This document shows, piece after piece, positions 1 to 7,749 of a stretch of 15,494 nt of DNA. Source of the stretch: Octopus sinensis (Eukaryota); the NCBI RefSeq assembly GCF_006345805.1, contig NW_021825481.1:1-15494 (forward strand), given 5' to 3'. Both the position numbers and the translations under genes were made by a program. The first letter of the stretch is position 1. Every line of letters begins with the position of its first letter. The notes beneath the pieces were generated by a model. That model had not been told where the DNA came from, made no database searches, and was given only the letters and a program-made list of their open reading frames with translations.

Positions 1-39
1 TAGTATAGTAGGTATTATTAGTGGTTTTAGTTGTTGTTT

Positions 40-1662
40 AGCCCCAAGTCAGCCCTTATCCAGAGAGACTTGTGATCAAAGACAGTCCAGCCGTGACCAT
101 CCAATTCTTTTATTCAGATATTATGTATCTAGGACTACATTATCTAATGTATAGATGATAGTATCACTGGCTATAATTGATGTTATTTAGCCCCAGGTCA
201 GCCCTGATCCAGAGAGACCTGTGATCAAAGACAGTCCAGCCGTGACCATCCAATCTTTTATTCAGATATTATGTATCTAGGACTACATTATCTAATGTAT
301 AGTATGATAGTATCACTGGCTATAATTGATGTTATTTAGCCCCAGGTCAGCCCTGATCCAGAGAGACCTGTGATCAAAGACAGTCCAGCCGTGACCATCC
401 AATCTTTTATTTAGATATTATGTATCTAGGACTACATTATCTAATGTATAGTATGATAGTATCACTGGCTATAATTGATGTTATTAGCCCCAGGTCATCC
501 CTGATCCAGAGAGACCTGTGATCAAAGACAGTCCAGCCGTGACCATCCAATCTTTTATTTAGATATTATGTATCTAGGACTACATTATCTAATGTATAGT
601 ATGATAGTATCACTGGCTATAATTGATGTTATTTAGCCCCAGGTCATCCCTGATCCAGAGAGACCTGTGATCAAAGACAGTCCAGCCGTGACCATCCAAT
701 CTTTTATTTAGATATTATGTATCTAGGACTACATTATCTAATGTATAGTATGATAGTATCACTGGCTATAATTGATGTTATTTAGCCCCAGGTCAGCCCT
801 GATCCAGAGAGACCTGTGATCAAAGACAGTCCAGCCGTGACCATCCAATCTTTTATTAGATATTATGTATCTAGGACTACATTATCTAATGTATATATGA
901 TAGTATCACTGGCTATAATTGATGTTATTTAGCCCCAGGTCAGCCCTGATCCAGAGAGACCTGTGATCAAAGACAGTCCGCCGTGACCATCCAATCTTTT
1001 ATTTAGATATTATGTATCTAGGACTACATTATATCTAATGTATAGTATGATAGTATCACTGGCTATAATTGATGTTATTTAGCCCCAGGTCAGCCCTGAT
1101 CCAGAGAGACCTGTGATCAAAAACAGTCCAGCCGTGACCATCCAATCTTTTATTTAGATATTATGTATCTAGGACTACATTATCTAATGTATAGTATGAT
1201 AGTATCACTGGCTATAATTGATGTTATTTAGCCCCAGGTCATCCCTGATCCAGAGAGACCTGTGATCAAAGACAGTCCAGCCGTGACCATCCAATCTTTT
1301 ATTTAGATATTATGTATCTAGGACTACATTATCTAATGTATAGTATGATAGTATCACTGGCTATAATTGATGTTATTTAGCCCCAGGTCAGCCCTGATCC
1401 AGAGAGACCTGTGATCAAAGACAGTCCAGCTGTGACCATCCAATCTTTTATTTAGATATTATGTATCTAGGACTACATTATCTAATGTATAGTCTGATAG
1501 TATCACTGGCTATAATTGATGTTATTTAGCCCCAGGTCAGTCCTGATCCAGCAGATCTATGATCAAAAATGTTCCAGTTGCGACCATTCCATCTTATTTT
1601 CATGCATAGTGTATCTAGGACTACATAATCTATTGTATTGTATAATAGTATAGTTGTTGTTT
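40..1662. repeat. Tandem array of 149-bp units: 10 near-identical units plus a diverged 11th
   Basis: AGCCCC unit starts at 40, 189, 338, 486, 635, 784, 931, 1081, 1230, 1379 and 1528 (spacing 147-150). The unit starting at 1528 is clearly diverged. Confidence 0.98.
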
Positions 1663-1828
1663 ACCCTATGCTTGAAGAATGTTTTCTGTCTGAAATAAGT
1701 AGAAAACTATTACAGAGCATGCATCAATTATTAAGTATGTCAAACATCACCGAAAATATAATTAAGATACTATGGTAAAATTGTGTTTCAAAACACTTAG
1801 AGCAGCCATTATTTTCGGAACAACATAA

Positions 1829-1925
1829 TACTTAATCTATCAGTCTCTTCTGCTGAACCACTAAGTTTCAGGGGCATAAACATACCTGCATTGGTTGTCA
1901 AGTGATGGTGGGGGGGACAAACACA
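1829..1925 (-). mobile_element. tRNA-SINE (type A), 3'-half fragment
   Basis: Diverged match to the 3' half of the full copy at 12427-12837 (ctatcagtctcttctgctgaacc...ggttgtcaagtgatggtggggggacaaacac), followed by (CA)n/(TA)n to about 2013. Confidence 0.8.
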
Positions 1926-1954
1926 AAAACACACACACACACATAAATATATAT

Positions 1955-2013
<59 letters not shown>

Positions 2014-2225
2014 CAAAATAAGAAAATGGAGAAATACATTGAAATCAAATATCAATTACCAGATAATACTCAATCACATACTTTATTAAACCACCACATA
2101 AGAAACTATAAGGTTAAACATAATAATGTAGGGTAAAACAGTGTACATGAAGGAGTGTACATAAAATAGTAATGTTATACAATAAGTAGAATATGTATAA
2201 TAGAAAATGTATGTATATATATATA

Positions 2226-2326
2226 TTGATATATCGGTTCCATTCTAGCAAAAACTGTCTGATGAACGGCAACGAGAAACTCAGAGTAACAGATTTTGTT
2301 GAATTTTCTGCTGCTTAAAATAAAGT
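2226..2326 (+). mobile_element. Short HHR-bearing non-autonomous element (PLE-like terminus) between (TA)n tracts
   Basis: Contains HHR motif 2255-2292 and is flanked on both sides by (TA)n. Confidence 0.6.
2255..2292 (+). ncRNA. Minimal type I hammerhead ribozyme motif (H1)
   Basis: ctgt-CTGATGA-a cg GCAA cg a-GAA-actc a gagt-A-acag. Stem I 4 bp; stem II 2 bp with GNRA loop and an A.A pair at the base; stem III near-palindromic; cleavage triplet GUA at 2288. Confidence 0.7.
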
Positions 2327-2351
2327 ATATATATATATATATATTATATAT

Positions 2352-2555
2352 TGATTCAAAATGTGAGCGTGTGTGTATCGTTGGGGATTTTTTTTTCCTC
2401 TGTCTTCCCTTCTCTGGATCTTTCCTTCTCCTATGTTTCTGACGAAGAGCTCCGCTCGAAATGTTAAACCCTCCTTCTTTCCTGAGCATCCAATAATACT
2501 ATATTTGTTCCACGTACTCGCGTTGTTGTGTTTTTTTGTGCTTTCTTGTTTGGAT

Positions 2556-2558
<3 letters not shown>
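2352..2558 (+). mobile_element. HHR-bearing PLE-like terminal element ending at (TA)n
   Basis: Contains HHR 2435-2469. Resembles the element at 5305-5487 (gagc..gctc gaaa.gttaaa..cctgagc). 3' end abuts (TA)n at 2559. Confidence 0.7.
2435..2469 (+). ncRNA. Minimal type I hammerhead motif (H2), stem III mutated
   Basis: gttt-CTGACGA-A-gagc tcc gctc-GAA-ATGT-T-aaac. Extra A after A9. ATGT is probably CpG-decayed ACGT (ACGT is seen in H4 and H10). Confidence 0.75.
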
Positions 2559-2593
<35 letters not shown>

Positions 2594-2609
2594 CACACAC
2601 ACACACACA

Positions 2610-2768
2610 ACAGGCTTCTTTCAGTTTCTGTCTATCAAATCCACCCATAAGGCTTTGGTTGGACATAGGCTATAGTAGAAGGCATTTGCTCAAGGTGCCT
2701 TGCAGTAGAACCGAACCTTGAACCATGTGGTTGGGAAGCAAGCTTCTTAACACACAGCCATACCTGTG
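2610..2768 (-). mobile_element. tRNA-SINE (type A), 5' head half
   Basis: ggcttctttcagtttc...ccatgtggttgggaagcaagcttcttaacacacagcc matches the reverse complement of the head at 3565-3725. Confidence 0.9.
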
Positions 2769-2883
2769 CTTATATGTGTCCTTCATTTTTGATCATTGTT
2801 AAGTGTAAGGTGAAGAATTTTGCTGCTATTTCTCACAAGTGACAATGTTCTTCATGAGTGTTATGTTGTTTTGTCTTCTATCT

Positions 2884-3112
2884 TTTGTTTCAGTCATTGA
2901 GCTGTGGCCATGCTGGGGCACTGCCTTCAAAGGTTTACTAAAATATATTAACCCCTGTACTTATTTCTATGTTTAGTATGTATTCAATTCATCTCTTTTG
3001 TTGAACTGGTAAGTTACAGTAACAATAGGTGTTGTCTGAGGTGCCACACTGTGGATCTGAAACCAGAACCATGGGGTTTGGAAAGAAAACTTCTTGCCAC
3101 ATAGTCACACAT
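2884..3112 (-). mobile_element. Old diverged tRNA-SINE related to type A (tail plus head, shorter middle)
   Basis: Tail tgtttcagtcattgagctgtggccatgctggggcactgcc and head agaaccatggggtttggaaagaaaacttcttgccacatagtc. Confidence 0.7.
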
Positions 3113-3134
3113 AGTAGTGACATATATATATATA

Positions 3135-3430
3135 CGTATTTCAAAATAGAAAATTACCCTTTAACAGGCAATTTTGCATGCTAGAAATATCAGCCAACAC
3201 GGCCAAAAATCCACAATTTTATAGCAAATTTCGAAGTAAATGAAAAATAAAAACCTTTACCTTGTTATATAACGGTTATACCATGGTTTCGGATTACCTA
3301 AGCAGAATAATAATATGTTTGCTATCTTTTAATAGAAATTAGCAAGACCATATTATCTCCCAGGCGAATCCTTGTCAGTAACCAGCCTTAACACTAGCTT
3401 ATAACTCAGAGACAAGATAACACGTATCCA
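3135..3430 (-). mobile_element. HHR-bearing PLE-like element, 3' end at (TA)n 3122-3134
   Basis: Contains HHR 3274-3383. Minus-strand gctgatatttctagca resembles gctgctatttcta in sister elements. Confidence 0.6.
3274..3383 (-). ncRNA. Type I hammerhead motif (H3) with long stem II and a G8>A core change
   Basis: Minus strand: ggtta-CTGACAA-ggatt...aatcc-GAA-ACCATGGT-A-taacc. Stem I 5 bp, stem II closed by 5 bp, stem III a perfect palindrome. Confidence 0.8.
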
Positions 3431-3470
3431 CTTTGAAATACGAATATGTTGTTCTATTGACTTTTTATAC

Positions 3471-3515
3471 ATGCTAGGCCACTGGTGGTGATATTATAAT
3501 GAGTATTCGCCACCC
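3471..3515 (+). mobile_element. PLE-like 3' tail fragment ending at (TA)n 3516-3564
   Basis: atgctaggccactggtggtg...cgccaccc resembles atgctaagccactgg...ctaccc (5791-5834, minus) and 13401-13460. Confidence 0.55.
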
Positions 3516-3527
3516 TATATATATATA

Positions 3528-3564
<37 letters not shown>

Positions 3565-3566
<2 letters not shown>

Positions 3567-3734
3567 TGCAGGAGTGGCTGTGTGGTAAGTAGCTTGCTAA
3601 CCAACCACATGGTTCCAGGTTCAGTCCCACTGCGTGGCATCTTGGGCAAGTGTCTTCTGCTATAGCCCCGGGCCGACCAATGCCTTGTGAGTGGATTTGG
3701 TAGACGGAACTGAAAGAAGCCTGTCGTATATATG

Positions 3735-3765
<31 letters not shown>

Positions 3766-3966
3766 CTGGTTTGTCCCCCCTAGCATTGCTTGACAACCGA
3801 TGCTGGTGTGTTTCGTCCCCGTCACTTAGCGGTTCGGCAAAAGAGAAACGATAGACTAAGTACTGGGCTTACAAAGAATAAGTCCCGCCGGGTCGATTTG
3901 CTCGACTAAAGGCGGTGCTCCAGCATGGCCGCAGTCAATGATTAAAACAAGTAAAAGAGTAAAAGA
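3565..3966 (+). mobile_element. Full-length tRNA-SINE (type A) with internal (TA)n(GT)n
   Basis: A-box-like tggctgtgtgg at about 3575, B-box-like ggttcagtccc at about 3618, 3' end gcggtgctccagcatggccgcagtc...aagtaaaagagtaaaag. Inserted in (TA)n. Confidence 0.92.
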
Positions 3967-3975
3967 TGAGAGTAG

Positions 3976-4009
<34 letters not shown>

Positions 4010-4029
4010 TGCACACACACATATACATA

Positions 4030-4191
4030 TGATGGGCTTCTTTCAGATTCCATCTCCCACATCCACTCACAAAGCATAGATTGGCCTAGGGCTAGAGTAG
4101 AAGACACTTGCCCAGGATTCCATGTTGCAGGATTGAACACAGAACCATGTGATTAGGAAGCAAACTTCTTGCTACACAGCCATACCTGTTC

Positions 4192-4194
<3 letters not shown>
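4030..4194 (-). mobile_element. tRNA-SINE (type A), 5' head half
   Basis: Reverse-complement similarity to 3565-3725. Confidence 0.88.
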
Positions 4195-4229
<35 letters not shown>

Positions 4230-4233
4230 TATT

Positions 4234-4444
4234 ACTGTCTGAGGATTTTTCTATAGTAGAAGAAATAGCTAAGATTTTTTGGCTGCTATTTCTAAAAGTT
4301 CGGTGTGTGGTAAAGTAAATTATTTTACTGAACCCTATTATATAACGTAATGTTTTAAATATACCGTAAATGGTCTTTTTACATACTGAACACTACTTGG
4401 TAAAATTAATTAATAATTAATTAATTTTACCCTTTATTATTGAT
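4234..4444 (+). mobile_element. 5'-truncated copy of the H9 element tail, between (TA)n tracts
   Basis: Closely similar to the reverse complement of 13487-13702. Contains a 15-bp-stem hairpin at 4399-4431. Confidence 0.85.
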
Positions 4445-4474
4445 TTATTATATATATATATATATATATATATA

Positions 4475-4660
4475 TTCTTTTATTCATTTACTTGTTTCAT
4501 GTGGCCATGCTGGAGCACCACCTTTAGTTGAACAAGTCGACCCCAGGATTTATTCTTTGTAAGCCTAGTACTTATTCTCTCGGTCTCTTTTGCCGAAATG
4601 CTATGTTATGGGGGCTATAAACACACCAACATTGGTTGTCAAATTATGGTGGGGAGACAG
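4475..4660 (-). mobile_element. tRNA-SINE (type A), 3' half
   Basis: ttacttgtttca..gtggccatgctggagcaccacctttag...ggttgtcaa matches 12427-12615. Confidence 0.9.
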
Positions 4661-4733
4661 ACACACACATATAAACATGCAAGCACACATGCACACACAC
4701 ATATATATATATTTATATATATATATATATATA

Positions 4734-5117
4734 GACACAGAGTGGCTGTGTGGTGTAAGTAGCTTGCTTACCAACCACATGGTTCCGGGATCAGTCCCAC
4801 TGCGTGGCATCTTGGGCAAGTGTCTTCTGCTAAGCCCCGGGCCGACCAAAGCCTGTGAGTGGATTTGGTAGACGGAAACTAAAAGAAGCCTGTCCGTATT
4901 ATATGTATATATATAATGTGTGTGTGTGTGTTTGTCTCTCTAGGATTGATTGACAACCGATGCTGTGTGGTTTACGTCCCCGTTACTTAGCGGTTCGGCA
5001 AAAGCGACCGATAGAATAAGTACTGGGCTTACAAAGAATAAGTCCGGGGTCGATTTGCTCGACTAAAGGCGGTGCTCCAGCATGGCTGCAGTCAAATGAC
5101 TGAAACAAGTAAAAGAG
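4734..5117 (+). mobile_element. Full-length tRNA-SINE (type A)
   Basis: Colinear with 3565-3966 along its whole length. Confidence 0.92.
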
Positions 5118-5281
5118 GCTTCTTTCAGGCTTCTTTCAGTTTCCATCTACCAAATCCAGTCACAAGGCTTTGGTCAGCCTGAGGTTGTAGTAAAATACAC
5201 TTGCCCAAGTTACCATGCAGTGGGACTGAACCTTGAGCCATGTGGTTGGGAAGCAAGCTTCTTACCACACAACCACACCTA
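5118..5281 (-). mobile_element. tRNA-SINE (type A), 5' head half
   Basis: Reverse-complement similarity to 3565-3725. ggcttctttca is tandemly duplicated at 5117-5138. Confidence 0.88.
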
Positions 5282-5304
5282 CAAATATATATATATATAT
5301 ATAT

Positions 5305-5487
5305 AGGGAGAATTCATGAAAAACCAAAAGACGAAGACAGGTGGTTTAGAAAACAAAGATGTAGTAGTATAATGCTCAGGAATTGAAGAGGTCTTTAACG
5401 TTTCGAGTCTATGCTCTTCCACAAAAAGAAACAAGGAAAGAAAAAAAATGTGTGTAGTGGCTACCGATCTATCATGGCGAATGCCAG
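5305..5487 (-). mobile_element. HHR-bearing PLE-like terminal element, 3' end at (TA)n 5286-5304
   Basis: Contains degenerate HHR 5393-5428 and resembles 2352-2558. Confidence 0.6.
5393..5428 (-). ncRNA. Degenerate minimal hammerhead (H4)
   Basis: Minus strand: cttt-TTGTGGA-A-gagc atag actc-GAA-ACGT-T-aaag. Two changes relative to CTGANGA. Confidence 0.5.
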
Positions 5488-5500
5488 TATATATATATAT

Positions 5501-5788
5501 ATCATCATCATCATCGTTTAGCGTCTGCTTTCCATGCTGGCATGGGTTGAATGGTGCAACTGGGGTCTGGGAAGCCAGAAAGCTGCACCAGGCCCAGTCT
5601 GATCTGGCAATGTTTCTACGGCTGGATGCCCTTCCTAACGCCAACCACGCCATGAGTGTAGTGGGTGCTTTTTATGTGCCACCGGCATAGGTGCCAGAGG
5701 AGGCTGGCAAACGGCCATGATCTGATGGAGCTTTTTACATGCCACCGGCACAGAAGCCAGTCGAGGTGGCGCTGGCAACGGCCACGTT
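5501..5788 (-). mobile_element. RTE-like retroelement 3' end (5'-truncated LINE or RTE-tailed SINE) with (TGA)n tail
   Basis: Minus strand: ggttggcgttaggaagggcatccagc...cccatgccagcatggaaagcagacgctaaacgatgatgatg. Homologous to 11553-12165. The RTE assignment is from recalled 3'-end motifs. Confidence 0.75.
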
Positions 5789-6135
5789 AAGGGTAGAAAT
5801 TGATATTAATTAATTAAAACCAGTGGCTTAGCATATTTTTTTAAAAAATCTGAAGATTAAAAATTTTTTTACATACAAAATTTAGAGGACTGACCACTAA
5901 AAAAATGGACAGCCTATATGCTAGATATAGACGACAAAAATCGCCATTTACCATGAAGAATGTTTTCTCAAGAAAAAATTCAGCAAAAAACCATAGTGTA
6001 AAAATAAGCAAGACAAATGAAAATATACGAAATAAAAAATGATTACCTATGTACTAATTAGTTTCACTTGTTAATATTTACGTATATGGATACGCAAACA
6101 TCTGCAAGATCATCAGCATAGTCTGTCATTTACAA
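5789..6135 (-). mobile_element. HHR-bearing PLE-like element
   Basis: Contains HHR 6047-6121. 3' tail motif at 5791-5834 is shared with 3471-3515 and 13401-13460. Confidence 0.7.
6047..6121 (-). ncRNA. Type I hammerhead motif (H5), core intact
   Basis: Minus strand: ctatg-CTGATGA-t cttg...tttgcgtat ccat atacgtaaa...caag t-GAA-ACTAATTAGT-A-catag. Stem III is a 10-nt palindrome; predicted cleavage between 6052 and 6051 (GUA). Confidence 0.88.
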
Positions 6136-6239
6136 AACACAATTTCCAGAACTAGACACAGAACGCTCGACCAAAATCCAGCATGTATAAAATTCTACAA
6201 ATTATATTTATGTGTATCCTTTCAAATGCCTTCACTTTG

Positions 6240-6535
6240 GTGCGCTGAGATTGGAAATTACTCTGCAGTTAATATCTTGGGATATCCCGGAAACAGCTGT
6301 AAGACTTTGCCTTACCCTAATTAAATATTCTAAATGACTTGAGATCCCTGTCTTGCCTTGGATTTGTTGTCCTTTATCCTGTAATATGATATATACCTGC
6401 TAACTTAGAAGCCTAATATGGATCCCTAGTTCCAGCCTCAACTATGAACTTGGAACCTAACGGATGACCAATTATAGCACTTATCCAGCATACCTATTCA
6501 TTTAGAGCACCAGTGAATTAAACCCTCATATCCTT
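6240..6535 (+). mobile_element. Probable PLE-like element with a half hammerhead (H6), ending at (TA)n
   Basis: 6278-6305: tgggatatcccg-GAA-ACAGCTGT-A-agac, with no CTGANGA upstream. 3' end aattaaaccctcatatcctt-tatatat. Confidence 0.4.
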
Positions 6536-6550
6536 TATATATATGTACAA

Positions 6551-6688
6551 GGAGCTTCTTTCAGTTTCTATCTGCCACATCCACTCACAAGGCTTTGGTC
6601 AGCAAGAGGCTATAGTAGAAGACACTTGCCCAAGGTTCCATGCTGTGGGACTGAACCTGGAACCATGTAGTTGGGAAGCAAGCTTCTT
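6551..6688 (-). mobile_element. tRNA-SINE (type A) head half, interrupted at 6688; remainder at 6922-6988
   Basis: gcttctttcagtttc...ccatgtagttgggaagcaagcttctt, resuming after the type B insertion as ttaccacatggccatgcctgtacc. Confidence 0.85.
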
Positions 6689-6921
6689 ATTTCTTTATTG
6701 CCTACAAAGGGCTAAGCATATAGGGGAAGAACAAGGACAGACAAAGGGATTAAGTCGATTACATCAACCCCAGTGCATAACTGGTACTTAATTTATCGAT
6801 CCCGAAAGAATGAAAGGCAAAGTCGACCTCGGCGGAATTTGAACTTAGAACATAACGGCAGATGAAATACCGCTAAGCATTTCACCCGGCATGCTAATGT
6901 TTCTGCCAGCTCGCCGCCTTA
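6689..6921 (-). mobile_element. Second tRNA-SINE family (type B), apparently full length
   Basis: Minus strand: ggcggcgagctggcagaa (A-box-like), aagttcaaattcc (B-box-like), central gtcgactttgcctttcattctttcgggatcgataaattaagtaccag, tail caataaagaaat. The central part resembles shared SINE domains (Meta/V type; needs checking). Confidence 0.85.
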
Positions 6922-7008
6922 AGCATGTGGTAAGCACATGGCCATGTGGTAAGAAGCAAGCTTGTTACCACATGGCCATGCCTGTACCTATATACACACA
7001 TACACACA

Positions 7009-7170
7009 GGATGGGCTTCTTTTAGTTTCCATCTACCAAATTCACTCACAAAACATTGGGCAGTCTGAGACTATAGCAGAAATCACCCCCTCCAAGATGC
7101 CACGTGGTGAGACTGAACCCCAAACCACATGGTTGCAAAGCTAGCTCTTTAACCACCCAACCATGCCTTT
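7009..7170 (-). mobile_element. tRNA-SINE (type A), diverged head half
   Basis: gatgggcttcttttagtttccatctaccaaattcactcacaa...aaccacatggttgcaaagctagctctttaaccacc. Confidence 0.82.
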
Positions 7171-7613
7171 GCCATTATTCTCATTATTCCTGTTATTTCT
7201 GTCCTTACCATTGTGGTTGGCATTGTTGCTGCTGCTGCTGTTGTCATTATAATTATTGTCATCATGGCACCTTATTGTCATTGTTGTTGTGGTTGTTGTC
7301 GTTGTTGTTGTCGTCTCAAGCACCGTCAGAATAAAGCGAGTTACAATTGAATTATGTAACTGATTTCTTTTGTCTTTTGTTGCAAGGTGGTGGCTGGGTG
7401 GTGGTGGTGGAGGTGTGTGTGTAGGGGTGGGTGGCTGTGGGGTGGGGCGGCAGTGTCTGTGCGTCTTTATCAGAGAGTCGGGAAGGGAGGGAGAGTGGAT
7501 GGATGGGCGAGTGTGTTGGTGTGTGGGGTGTTTGGTCCTGGCCGATATTGTATTGTGAGAGACAGACGGAGTGTGGGGCATGGGTGGAAGGAAGTGTTGG
7601 AGAGTAAGTTTGA

Positions 7614-7704
7614 GTGTGTGTATATATATATATATATGTATGTGTGTTTATATATGTATGTGTATATATTTATATATATGAATATATATATGAATGTGTG
7701 TGTG

Positions 7705-7749
<45 letters not shown>

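Noticed and set aside
40-1662. The 149-bp array as a CRISPR array or ribozyme satellite
   Set aside because: Whole units repeat with no unique spacers, the context is eukaryotic, and there is no CTGANGA/GAAA core on either strand.
1664-1707. cctatg-cttgaaga followed by hairpin gttttct/agaaaac as a possible hammerhead
   Set aside because: The core is imperfect, and no GAAA, stem III or stem I partner follows the hairpin.
3565-3640. SINE heads (also 4734, 6921, 12837, 14187) as tRNA genes
   Set aside because: Only A/B-box-like remnants are present, with no complete cloverleaf, and they are continuous with SINE bodies.
4234-4275. CTGAGGA...GAAA-tagcta as a hammerhead
   Set aside because: No UH or stem I partner. 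The homologous position in the 13487-13702 copy reads ctgggag, so the match is incidental.
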